From a virus, in the IMG/VR virus record IMGVR_UViG_3300045243_000021, positions 1-64,000 of that record: a stretch of 64,000 nt of DNA; one strand, 5' to 3'. Shown here in pieces: positions 36,025-44,799 of this stretch (the first letter of the stretch is position 1; each line of letters opens with the position of its first letter). Position numbers and translations under genes: made by a program. Under the pieces are notes generated by a model. It searched no databases. It was not told where the DNA came from and worked only from the letters and a program-made list of their open reading frames with translations.

Positions 36025-38238
36025 ATGCCGCAGATCTTGCACGTGAGCGGTGGAATCCTGACCGTGGATGGTGGCTCCGTGCCCACCATCAACACGCCGT
36101 GGGATTCCATCCCCAATTTCGGAGCCAATCCCACCAACAAGAGCATGCGGGATGGGGTATGGTCCGATCCAAGCATGTGGTCGCATGGGGTGCCCAAGGC
36201 AGGCGATGTGGTTTCCATGGGCCACATCGTTCTCTACGACGTGGTGAGCAACCAACTACTGAACACGGTTGCCGTCCAGCCGGGTGGATTGATGAGGTTC
36301 CGGCCAGACAAGTTCACTTTCCTGCATCTGCAAACTTGGTTGGTGATGCAAGGCGGGGCTGTGGAGCTTGGCAGTGTCATTAGTCCAATCAAGTACGACC
36401 CAACGTCAACCCACTTCCTGGGAGCTGAGATCGTTATTGCTGACGTGGCTCCCAACGATACTAACCAGTGGGGGACTGGACTCGTCTGCTTGGGCAAGTT
36501 CACTGCTTGCGGAATGCAAAAGCCATCCTTTCTGCGCCTGGCCGCCGATCCGCTCAAAGGTCAAACCACGACGGTGCTTCAACTCGCTCAGCCTGCCACC
36601 GGCTGGAACTTTGGCGACGTGGTGTTGATACCCGACACGCGGCAACTGGCCGGCAGCGAGCGGTGGGGAGCCTACGTCAGTCAGGACGAGATCGCCCTCA
36701 TCACTGTCATCTCCGCCGACGAGATGAGCTTGACCGTGCAGAAGATTACGAGCGTCGTTCCTGACCCGGGCCAAGGACCGGACGGCAGCATGGGCAGCCA
36801 CCCGGTGCTCTCGCCCTCGCTGGCTTACGACCACAAGGGGGCGCTGAACCCGGACGGCTCACGATTCTGCTATTGCCACGTCGGCAATCTGACCCGCTCG
36901 GCGATCATCCGTTCGGCCAGCCACCTTGGCACGCGCGGGCATGCGTGCTTCACCTATCGGGCCGAAGTGGACGTGTCATACATCGGCTTCCACGGATTGG
37001 GCCGAACGACGAACGCCGCGATCGGCACCGCCAATCTGGCCGGACGGCATCCGGTCTACCTGCGGCACCTGATGGGACCAGCGGTTCCGCGCGCGAGCGG
37101 CCGTCAGTACGAGTTCAAGGGCTGCGCGATCTTTGATAACGACGTGCCCAAATCAACGCGCCGCTGGGCCGTGGCGCTGAACGATTCGTGCGACGGTTTG
37201 CTTCAGGGCAGCGTGCTCTACAACTGGGCCGGCGCCGGCGTGGTGACTGAGGATTATGCCTGCGTTCGCAACCTATTCGACGGCAACTTCATCTGTGGCA
37301 TTCACGGCGATCACTCCGGGCGCGACAACTCGTTTGGTTCTCGTGGTCTAGACGGCACCGGCATCTGGATGAGCAACGTACGCAACGAGGTCACGAACAA
37401 CGTCGCGGCCAACTGCGCCCTGACGATCCAAGAGCAAGTTTCCGGGACCGGATTCAAATACTTCATATCGCCGGACAACTCGCAAGCTGCCGTCAGCATC
37501 TCGGCCCATCCAGGTGCTGACACGTCGATTCCTGCTCAGTGCGTTGTCGTCAACATGAAGGTTGATGGTCTGGCTCACAACGAGGGCAACGAGGCTTACG
37601 GTTGCGGTGGTGGCATCACGGCTTGGCAGATCGGCACGGACGGCTATGCGATATTTCCCAACGTGCCAATCTCGACGATCAAGAACTTCGTGGCGTGGCA
37701 CTGCTGGCAACAAGGGTTTTTCGGCTACCCGACCAACAACTTCTGCCTTGACGGGTTCACGTATCGCGGCGACATGAGGTTCTTTACCGATCAAGATCAG
37801 GGTGCCTACGCTTTGGAGTGGGGTGATTACCGCTGTGCCAACACAATGATAACCAATGCCGACATTCAGGGTGCGCGGCGTGGGTTCTCGAACACGACCG
37901 ACACGCCGGGCACGCTGACGATCCAGGACAGCTTTTTTGAGTGTGGGGTGTCGGCTCTCGACCTGACCAACCAGACTTCGCCGGGCGCGCGGGCAACTAT
38001 CCGCGACCGTGCCATCACGATCCGGAACGTTCGCTATGGCCCACGGACGCCGACGACCATCTACCGACCGTGGGTGGCCACCGGTGAGACGCCGACACCA
38101 GTAGATACCTGCCAGGTGATTGACCACAACGGCGTGAGCGGCGACAACTTCAGCGTCTACTTATTGAATGCTCCGTCGCCGTACGTGGCACCGGTGGACG
38201 CGGTGACGAGAGCGGGGATTGTGGGGCTGGTGAAATGA
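36025..38238 (+). CDS. G8-domain protein with parallel beta-helix (candidate depolymerase/adhesin)
   Basis: G.WSDP..WS.G.VP.AGD.V, H.GA, VGNLTRS..IRS, GRHPVY.RH and beta-helix repeats. Confidence 0.75.
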   Translation: MPQILHVSGGILTVDGGSVPTINTPWDSIPNFGANPTNKSMRDGVWSDPSMWSHGVPKAGDVVSMGHIVLYDVVSNQLLNTVAVQPGGLMRFRPDKFTFLHLQTWLVMQGGAVELGSVISPIKYDPTSTHFLGAEIVIADVAPNDTNQWGTGLVCLGKFTACGMQKPSFLRLAADPLKGQTTTVLQLAQPATGWNFGDVVLIPDTRQLAGSERWGAYVSQDEIALITVISADEMSLTVQKITSVVPDPGQGPDGSMGSHPVLSPSLAYDHKGALNPDGSRFCYCHVGNLTRSAIIRSASHLGTRGHACFTYRAEVDVSYIGFHGLGRTTNAAIGTANLAGRHPVYLRHLMGPAVPRASGRQYEFKGCAIFDNDVPKSTRRWAVALNDSCDGLLQGSVLYNWAGAGVVTEDYACVRNLFDGNFICGIHGDHSGRDNSFGSRGLDGTGIWMSNVRNEVTNNVAANCALTIQEQVSGTGFKYFISPDNSQAAVSISAHPGADTSIPAQCVVVNMKVDGLAHNEGNEAYGCGGGITAWQIGTDGYAIFPNVPISTIKNFVAWHCWQQGFFGYPTNNFCLDGFTYRGDMRFFTDQDQGAYALEWGDYRCANTMITNADIQGARRGFSNTTDTPGTLTIQDSFFECGVSALDLTNQTSPGARATIRDRAITIRNVRYGPRTPTTIYRPWVATGETPTPVDTCQVIDHNGVSGDNFSVYLLNAPSPYVAPVDAVTRAGIVGLVK

Positions 38239-38323
38239 GGCAGTGTTGTTACTGTCCAAAAGAAGGATACCTGTTAGTCAAGCTTGCGGCCGAAAAGATA
38301 AATAAGGGCGGGAGGGTTGAGAC

Positions 38324-38584
38324 GTGAGTGAATTTCAGGGCAAGGCTTGGCGGGGTGGCGAAGAGATTCCAGTTGATGCACCAACGCCAGACTATCCGAC
38401 GTTAGCGGACATGATGGGAGACGAGCCAACGATGCTCATGTTCGGCGAGGTGGTGCATGGTTACGATCCTGATGAGCTTGAGGAACGGTTACGGCGTTTC
38501 GTCAAACTCGGTGGGCAGTTCACCTACAGCGAAACGTGCCAGAAGCGAGTCAGCGTGATTGGACCAATTGTGGTTAGCTACTAG
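38324..38584 (+). CDS. hypothetical protein
   Basis: GGGAGG RBS. Confidence 0.45.
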   Translation: MSEFQGKAWRGGEEIPVDAPTPDYPTLADMMGDEPTMLMFGEVVHGYDPDELEERLRRFVKLGGQFTYSETCQKRVSVIGPIVVSY

Positions 38585-38624
38585 GGAGTAACCTTTTACG
38601 GGACCGGCGGCACAAGTCGCTGGG

Positions 38625-38730
38625 TACAATCAATTGGCTGAAACCGGGCTTGCAATCCGGTAGAGGCGTCAACTCTCGCTTAGCCCGTTGACGGGGCCTT
38701 GCGACCTAGGGTCGTTCGGTCCCGTTTTTT
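38625..38730 (+). promoter_or_regulatory. TACAAT -10 plus structured RNA leader with terminator, copy 2
   Basis: GGCTGAA-ACCGG/CCGGT hairpin-AGAGG-CGTCAAC/GTTGACG hairpin-GGGGCC...GGTCCC-TTTTTT. Confidence 0.65.
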
Positions 38731-38744
38731 ATTTGGGCTAAGCC

Positions 38745-40793
38745 GTGGCGAATGTCTCTAGTCAAGTGTTCTCGACGGACACCTGTTGGACGTGGTTCAA
38801 CGGTCGCCGCGCCGTTTGGGACGCTGCCAATCAGAAGTGCTACGTCGCCGGCACCCGCAATGACGGCGTGTTGGACGTGCGCTCCTTCTGGAATCGCAGC
38901 ACCTACGACTATTACGACCTGGGCTTGCCCAACGGCTCTTCGGTGTTCGAGATCGAGGACCACGACAACCCCGGCCTGTGCTTGCTAAACAATGGCGAAC
39001 TGTTTGCGGGCTTCTCCAAGCATGCCGTAACCGACGAATCCTACGTGGCACGCGCCAACGGAGCCGGTCAGGTCAGGAATTGGAACGCACGGGTCAAGGT
39101 CAGTGCCGGGGCCAAGAATTCCTACAGCGAGATTATCCCGCTCGGCGACAGCAACAACACGCTGGTACGTTTCTATCGCGACGACGACGACGCCTCCAAG
39201 CGCAAGTTCCGCACGTCCACGGATCACGGCGACACGTGGAGCAGCGCCAACACGCTCGTCAACGTGCCGGCCGGCGGTGCGCGTCCCTACCCGCAGTATG
39301 AAAAAAATGGCAGCCTGCGCGTCGATTTTTTCTTCAGCGAGGACGGGCCGGGCGAGACGCTGACTCACTGCTCGCTCTACGCGGGTTACTTGCTGTTCAA
39401 CTCCGACGCCACAAGCTGGACGTGGCACCAGTTGGATGGGTCCGTTGTGGCTGGACCGACCACCGTCGATCAGTTCACGCTGGTCTACAACGGGGCCACC
39501 AATTTCGGCTGGTGCTGGGATTTGAAGATCATCAATGGCCAGCCGCACTACGCATTCGTGCATTTTGAAACCTCTTTCACCAAGCACGTCCTGCACTGGG
39601 CGCGGTGGAACGGCTCTTCCATAGACACTGAGGTCGTGGCCAACGTCGGCGACGGCACGGCGGATTACATCGGCGACGGCTCCAGCAAGCCATACGCGGC
39701 CGGCATCGCGCTCGACCCAAACAACGAGGGCATCGTCTACCCGTGCATCAAGTACGGGGCCAATGATTTCCGCCTGGAGAACTGGACGCACAGCGGCTCC
39801 TACGGCAGCGGATCGTGGGCCAAATCTGCTGACGTGAGCGGCAATACCGGCACCATCAACGCTCGCCCGTTCTCGCTCGACTGCTCAGGCACGACGCGCG
39901 TTTTCTGGTGGGAAGGCACGTACGCAACCTACACGAACTTTTCCACGCGGGGGCGGTGCTCGCCTGCGTTCGTCAAGAAGAACGCCAAGCCAACCACGCC
40001 GGTCTACACGTCCGCGTACGCACCCAGCGGCATCAAGGCGTGGTTCCTGATCACTGAGGGCAACGGGGCACCGGGCGACTTGACTGGCAACGGCTACGGC
40101 GGGGCATTGGTCGGTGCGCCGACGTGGAACACGGGTGGCGGCTCCGACTTCGGTAAGTTCCTTAACGGCTTCTCTACTAGCAACTACGTCAGCTTGAACA
40201 CGTTGGCGGCGGCCATTGCCTTCACGTCCTACGATTTCTGGACGCTGCTGCTGTTCAAGACGACCAGCGCCAGCACGACAAGCCAATGGTCGGCAGGATT
40301 CGGGCGTAACGCTTCCGCCAACCCCATCATTACGGTCGGCAACCACAACAACGGCAGCACGCATCAGGTAGAGATGCTGGACCGCGACGACGTGCCAAAC
40401 AGCGACGACATCATCACAACCGGCACTGGGGCTAACGGCGGGTTTCAGAACGACGGGGCCTATCACGTCATATTCACGCGGCGCACGGCCGCTAACGCCT
40501 TCGCCATGTTTTTCGATGGCACGTCGCGTGGTACGGGGACGGTATCGCTGGGGACGACGACTCTTGACCGCGGGGCCATTGGTTGCCTGGTCCGCACGTC
40601 GGCTGGGTCGGCCTTCGCTGGCGAAGTACATGCAATGGCAATCGGCTGGGGGGCAACGGTGCAGGACCGTTGTTGGATGTGCGAGGACTGGCTTTTCGGG
40701 CAGTTCAGCGGGTCGTTTGATCCGAATGCGGGGGCGACTGGACTTAGCATGGTGCCGGAACGACGAAGAAACCGAACACTTGTGAGGATGTAG
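38745..40793 (+). CDS. BNR-4/sialidase-like propeller plus LamG lectin domain protein (receptor-binding candidate)
   Basis: WTWFN..RA, DHDNP.L, STDHGDTWS Asp-box, RPY; C-terminal NDG.YHV..R...MFFDG...IG. Confidence 0.75.
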   Translation: MANVSSQVFSTDTCWTWFNGRRAVWDAANQKCYVAGTRNDGVLDVRSFWNRSTYDYYDLGLPNGSSVFEIEDHDNPGLCLLNNGELFAGFSKHAVTDESYVARANGAGQVRNWNARVKVSAGAKNSYSEIIPLGDSNNTLVRFYRDDDDASKRKFRTSTDHGDTWSSANTLVNVPAGGARPYPQYEKNGSLRVDFFFSEDGPGETLTHCSLYAGYLLFNSDATSWTWHQLDGSVVAGPTTVDQFTLVYNGATNFGWCWDLKIINGQPHYAFVHFETSFTKHVLHWARWNGSSIDTEVVANVGDGTADYIGDGSSKPYAAGIALDPNNEGIVYPCIKYGANDFRLENWTHSGSYGSGSWAKSADVSGNTGTINARPFSLDCSGTTRVFWWEGTYATYTNFSTRGRCSPAFVKKNAKPTTPVYTSAYAPSGIKAWFLITEGNGAPGDLTGNGYGGALVGAPTWNTGGGSDFGKFLNGFSTSNYVSLNTLAAAIAFTSYDFWTLLLFKTTSASTTSQWSAGFGRNASANPIITVGNHNNGSTHQVEMLDRDDVPNSDDIITTGTGANGGFQNDGAYHVIFTRRTAANAFAMFFDGTSRGTGTVSLGTTTLDRGAIGCLVRTSAGSAFAGEVHAMAIGWGATVQDRCWMCEDWLFGQFSGSFDPNAGATGLSMVPERRRNRTLVRM

Positions 40794-40796
40794 AGC

Positions 40797-41285
40797 ATGG
40801 GACGCATTTACTCCATACCGCTGACTAACTCGGCAGGCGTAGCTGGTACTGGGGCAACTCTCATAGAGGATGCCTTTGAGATAACCGCCGCCAGCGGCAA
40901 GCCATTCTGGTTGCACGAAGTCGTTATCGGTCAGACTTCTGACTTCGGCGACGCCCAGGCCGAAGGGCTTCCATTCATCGTCAAGAAAGGCATCGGCCAT
41001 ACTGCCGGTTCTGGCGGTCAGTCCGTGACGCCAGCCAAGCACCTAACCAATGATGCGGCGGCAGGAGCGACGGCCAAAATCTGCAACACGACGCAGGCCG
41101 TAGTTGGCGCTGGGTCACTCACGACGATACGCGGCGATGGATGGAACGTGCAAGGCGGCGAACAATACCTGCCAACACCTGAGACGCGCATCCTGTTTTT
41201 GCCTGCCGAAGCGTGCGTGATCTCGCTGGCGGCTCCTGCGGATGCCCTGACACTCATTGGCACCGCAGTCATCGAAGAACTCTAA
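40797..41285 (+). CDS. virion structural protein (jelly-roll-like)
   Basis: WNV.GG..YLPTPE.RI; position in the fibre module. Confidence 0.55.
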   Translation: MGRIYSIPLTNSAGVAGTGATLIEDAFEITAASGKPFWLHEVVIGQTSDFGDAQAEGLPFIVKKGIGHTAGSGGQSVTPAKHLTNDAAAGATAKICNTTQAVVGAGSLTTIRGDGWNVQGGEQYLPTPETRILFLPAEACVISLAAPADALTLIGTAVIEEL

Positions 41286-41303
41286 GAATGGAGGGCAGCT
41301 AGC

Positions 41304-41726
41304 GTGGCGAATCTTTACAAAATCGGCACCACTATGCGAAATGCCGCCTGCAACGGCATTGTGCAGGCTATTGACGGCGGCACTCCGCCCGGACGTCTAG
41401 AGCACCGTACCGGCGCACAGCCAACGAACGTCAGCGATGCCAGTTCAGGCACGTTGCTGGGAACGAATACCTTCAGCAACCCTGCGTTTGGTAGTGCGTC
41501 AGTTGGCGTCTGCACGGCGAATGCCATCAGCAGCGACACGAGCGCTGACAACAGTGGAACGGCCGGCTACTTCCGTGTTTACACTGGGGCCGGTGGTGAC
41601 ACGGCGGCATTGTGCCAAGGGAATAGCGGTACATCAGGCACTGACATGATCTTTGATAACAATGTAATTGTTGCTGGCGGGACCATAGCCATAACTTCCT
41701 TCACGGTCACTATGCCTTCAAACTAA
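41304..41726 (+). CDS. minor tail/collar fibre-associated protein
   Basis: RNA...I.......L...TGAQP......GTLL......PAFG.AS.G......ISSD..A..SGTAGYFR. Confidence 0.65.
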   Translation: MANLYKIGTTMRNAACNGIVQAIDGGTPPGRLEHRTGAQPTNVSDASSGTLLGTNTFSNPAFGSASVGVCTANAISSDTSADNSGTAGYFRVYTGAGGDTAALCQGNSGTSGTDMIFDNNVIVAGGTIAITSFTVTMPSN

Positions 41727-41736
41727 GGAGCCCCTA

Positions 41737-42159
41737 ATGGCCAAAATGTACGTAGGCGACAGTATGCACGTAGGCGGCAGTTTTGCCCCGCCACTTACTG
41801 ACGACGCTCTTGAACGCTACCGTGGGCTTGCGGCTGGCCTGCCAAAGAACTCGCGCATACGCAGCATCATGGACGACATGCTTGCGTGTTGTGACAAGTG
41901 GTGGGATTTACCCGAATCCAATGGCACTGGTAAGCCGCACGCTACCGGACTTGGCACGGTTGTGACGCTCAGTGCTGACAATGCCAAGGCTCTCGACTCA
42001 CATATTCCGTGGGATGATGAGCTGGAGACGTGGAAGCGTGTTCTTGACGGCATTGATGCTGAGACGAACAAGGAATTGCGTGACGCTGCCCATCACTTGT
42101 TGTGGCACGTCTGTGAACTATCGTTAGGTCGTGAACCGCTGACGGCTGACAAGCTGTAG
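41737..42159 (+). CDS. hypothetical protein
   Basis: AAGGAG RBS. Confidence 0.55.
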   Translation: MAKMYVGDSMHVGGSFAPPLTDDALERYRGLAAGLPKNSRIRSIMDDMLACCDKWWDLPESNGTGKPHATGLGTVVTLSADNAKALDSHIPWDDELETWKRVLDGIDAETNKELRDAAHHLLWHVCELSLGREPLTADKL

Positions 42160-42167
42160 GGCAAGCA

Positions 42168-43208
42168 ATGCCTGGCAAAGGCGTATTCCGCAGACTATTG
42201 AGGCCGTACTGGCCACCACGTCGCCGATGGCGCAAAGGCCTAACCGCTCACCAAGTGGTGTCGGCGGCTGGCGCTTGCAGCATCGGTGCCGCTACCGCGC
42301 TAGCACAAGCTACGTTTACGCCGCCGGTGTACCACGGCTCGGCAGCGGTTAACGTTGGGGCGGCGACCGCCAGCGCCCAGGCTACCTTCACGACGCCAAC
42401 CTATCATGGCTTGGCATCCGTGGCTGTGGGGCATGCCACCGCTGCTGCCAATGCGACGTTCACCGTACCGACCTATCATGGTTCCGCTGCCGTCACTATC
42501 GGGCCAGCGACCGCGGCGGCGACTGCTCTGGCATTCACGGGTTACGCAGGCCATGCAGCTCCTACTATCGGACCAGCAACGGCACTGGCTCATGCCACGT
42601 TTGTGGCACCAGTCTTTACCGGCTCGGCGGCCGTCACGATTGGGCATGCCACTGGTTCCGCTACGGCCATCTTTACCGCCCACGTCTATTTGGGTGTTGG
42701 TAGAGCAACAGTTGGACCTGCGACGGCAGCGGCTACGGCAACCTTTGTTGCCAGCACGGCGTCCATACCCCGTTACCTGAACCACAGCCCCGCTGAAATC
42801 ACCGCCAAGATGATGGCGGACATGGGCATCACGGAGGCATTCGACGGCGACAACTGGCCAACGCTCGTGAACTCGGAGCCGAACCTGCCGGACAACTGCA
42901 TCACAGTCTACGACACGACGCCGCGGGTGGACGCCCGATTCATGACGAACGGTGCCTGGGGTCGGCACCACGGCATACAGATTCGCGTACGCGGCACGAC
43001 GTCGCCGGTGGCATGGACAAGGCTTAACGCCATCTATGAGCAATTGGACCGGGACGCCTACACGGAGACGGTAGCTCTGGACAGCAACACGTACGAGGTG
43101 CATGCGTTCCATGGTTCGGTGCCGACGTTCATGGGGAAGGACGTACCGGGCGGGAAGCGGACGTTCTGGGTGCTCAACGGCACGATAACGATACGACCAT
43201 TAACTTAG
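42168..43208 (+). CDS. tail terminator-like protein with N-terminal 24-aa beta repeats
   Basis: About 7 repeats YHGSAAV.IG.ATA.A.ATF; C-terminal HSPA....EP..PD..ITVYDT...GIQIRVRG. Confidence 0.65.
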   Translation: MPGKGVFRRLLRPYWPPRRRWRKGLTAHQVVSAAGACSIGAATALAQATFTPPVYHGSAAVNVGAATASAQATFTTPTYHGLASVAVGHATAAANATFTVPTYHGSAAVTIGPATAAATALAFTGYAGHAAPTIGPATALAHATFVAPVFTGSAAVTIGHATGSATAIFTAHVYLGVGRATVGPATAAATATFVASTASIPRYLNHSPAEITAKMMADMGITEAFDGDNWPTLVNSEPNLPDNCITVYDTTPRVDARFMTNGAWGRHHGIQIRVRGTTSPVAWTRLNAIYEQLDRDAYTETVALDSNTYEVHAFHGSVPTFMGKDVPGGKRTFWVLNGTITIRPLT

Positions 43209-43243
43209 GAGAGGCAATGGGGCCGGCGTCTTGAGTCGTCGGT

Positions 43244-43346
43244 TACAATTAGACGGGCTGAAGGCGGAGTAGCTACCGCCGAGAGGCCATAACCTTCGCT
43301 GTCCGTTATGGGGCCTGCGACGAGAGTCGTCGGCCCCATTTTTTTC
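43244..43346 (+). promoter_or_regulatory. TACAAT -10 plus structured RNA leader with terminator, copy 3
   Basis: GGCTGAA-GGCGG/CCGCC hairpin-GAGAGG-CCATAAC/GTTATGG hairpin-GGGGCC...GGCCCC-ATTTTTTT. Confidence 0.65.
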
Positions 43347-43363
43347 GGAAACGGAGGACGCTC

Positions 43364-43906
43364 ATGATTCTGGCCATCGGTATTGTTGTTGTCCTTATCC
43401 TGCTCGCCTTGCTTACGCTCAAAGCCGCGCCGCCCACAACGGCGCGTAGCGATCCATCGAGCGCCACCGTTATCAAACTCCTGGACGGGTTTAGCTCGAC
43501 CATCGGTTGTGCGGCCAACACGGCGCTCAAGTTCTGGGAAATCACGCCCAAGCCGCCGGGCATCGATGGCGGCGACAAGATCAACACGACCACCATGCTC
43601 AACACGGCATGGCGTACGTTCGTGCCGCGGCACCTGAAGACGCTCACGACGATGACGATTCAGGCGGCATACGACCCGGACGTGTTCAACCAGATTTATG
43701 CCGTCATCAACACCACGACTGGTTGGACCTTCCACTTCCCCGACGGCTCAACGCTCGACTTCTGGGGCGCGCTTACGAAGTTTGAACCCGGCGAAATGAA
43801 GGAAGGCGAGATGCCGGTTGCGACGATCACGATTGAACCGGGCAACTACGATAACGTCAATCGCGTGGAAGCTGCGCCCGTTCTTACGAGCGTGTCCGGG
43901 ACGTAG
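43364..43906 (+). CDS. major tail tube protein
   Basis: PPGIDGGD.I.TTTM.N..WRTF.PR.L, YDP, FPDGS...FWG.L..FEP....G..P.AT.TI; precedes the chaperone and TMP. Confidence 0.75.
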   Translation: MILAIGIVVVLILLALLTLKAAPPTTARSDPSSATVIKLLDGFSSTIGCAANTALKFWEITPKPPGIDGGDKINTTTMLNTAWRTFVPRHLKTLTTMTIQAAYDPDVFNQIYAVINTTTGWTFHFPDGSTLDFWGALTKFEPGEMKEGEMPVATITIEPGNYDNVNRVEAAPVLTSVSGT

Positions 43907-44080
43907 CCCGTTCGCGTGCTTCCTGGATGAGTTGGCTGGCAAGTATGCCAAGGCCGACCAGGAAGGTGATGGAGGTGATGATGACCAGTACGAGGTCAAC
44001 GTAGAAGAAAAATGGTTGGTTGCTCATGCCTCGAATGTAACGCATGGGCCAGCCACAAGGCAACAAAAAAGGAGCAACCT

Positions 44081-44515
44081 TTGGACATCAGCGAAATCGA
44101 CATCAACCCCAGGCAATCGCGTCAGCGCATCGACGGCAAGCTCTACGTCCTCCAAGAAGCCACCGTCGGTGCCATGGCACGATTCCGCAACATCCTTCGC
44201 AGCGGCAGCGACAAGAAAGCCGACGCGGAAGTGGCGTTGGTGTCGGAGTCTCTCCTTGAAACGAATGACGATGGCAGCGTGAAGCTCGGCAAGAACGGCC
44301 TACCGCTCTGCGTTTCCGAAACGGTAGTCCGTTTGTGGCCGAACGTGGCCATTGTCAAGCTCTTCAACGAACTCGTTGACATCACCCGCGACTTCTTCCC
44401 CGGCAAAGATTCCGAGGAGCATCTAGAGAGCGTCATTGCCGATGCGCAGAAGAAGCTGGACGTCTTGCAGGCTGCCAAGAAGCTGGGGGCGGAGACGGAC
44501 CAAGCAAAAAACTAG
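44081..44515 (+). CDS. tail assembly chaperone (G-like)
   Basis: AAGGAG then TTG; ends GCA AAA AAC TAG slippery site. Confidence 0.7.
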   Translation: MDISEIDINPRQSRQRIDGKLYVLQEATVGAMARFRNILRSGSDKKADAEVALVSESLLETNDDGSVKLGKNGLPLCVSETVVRLWPNVAIVKLFNELVDITRDFFPGKDSEEHLESVIADAQKKLDVLQAAKKLGAETDQAKN

Positions 44516-44799
44516 CGTTCCAGCTCTACGGCCATCTGCTCGTGGCCATGGAGCTGGGGCTGCATTGGCGGACGTACCTGGCAACGCATACGGAGTTTGA
44601 GCATCGCGTGTGGCTGGAGTTCCTGATTCTGAAGAACAATCCCGACACGCTGAAGCAGGCCCAATTAAAGGCGGCGCGGGCGCGAGCGGAACCGGGAACC
44701 GACATGCCACCAATCGTCACAAAGGAAATGATCGAGCGGTTTAACAAGACACGCTGGGAAATGGGACTCAAGAAAGATGCCGGTTCAAGGGCCAGTTAA
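44506..44799 (+). CDS. -1 frameshift extension (GT-like chaperone)
   Basis: A AAA AAC heptamer at 44506-44512; the -1 frame is open and continuous with ORF 44542-44799. Confidence 0.7.
   Translation, partial: KKLAFQLYGHLLVAMELGLHWRTYLATHTEFEHRVWLEFLILKNNPDTLKQAQLKAARARAEPGTDMPPIVTKEMIERFNKTRWEMGLKKDAGSRAS

Noticed and set aside
38636-38700. Hammerhead or another known self-cleaving ribozyme for the repeated leader
   Set aside because: CUGANGA...GAAA core absent; I could not match it by eye to a known riboswitch either
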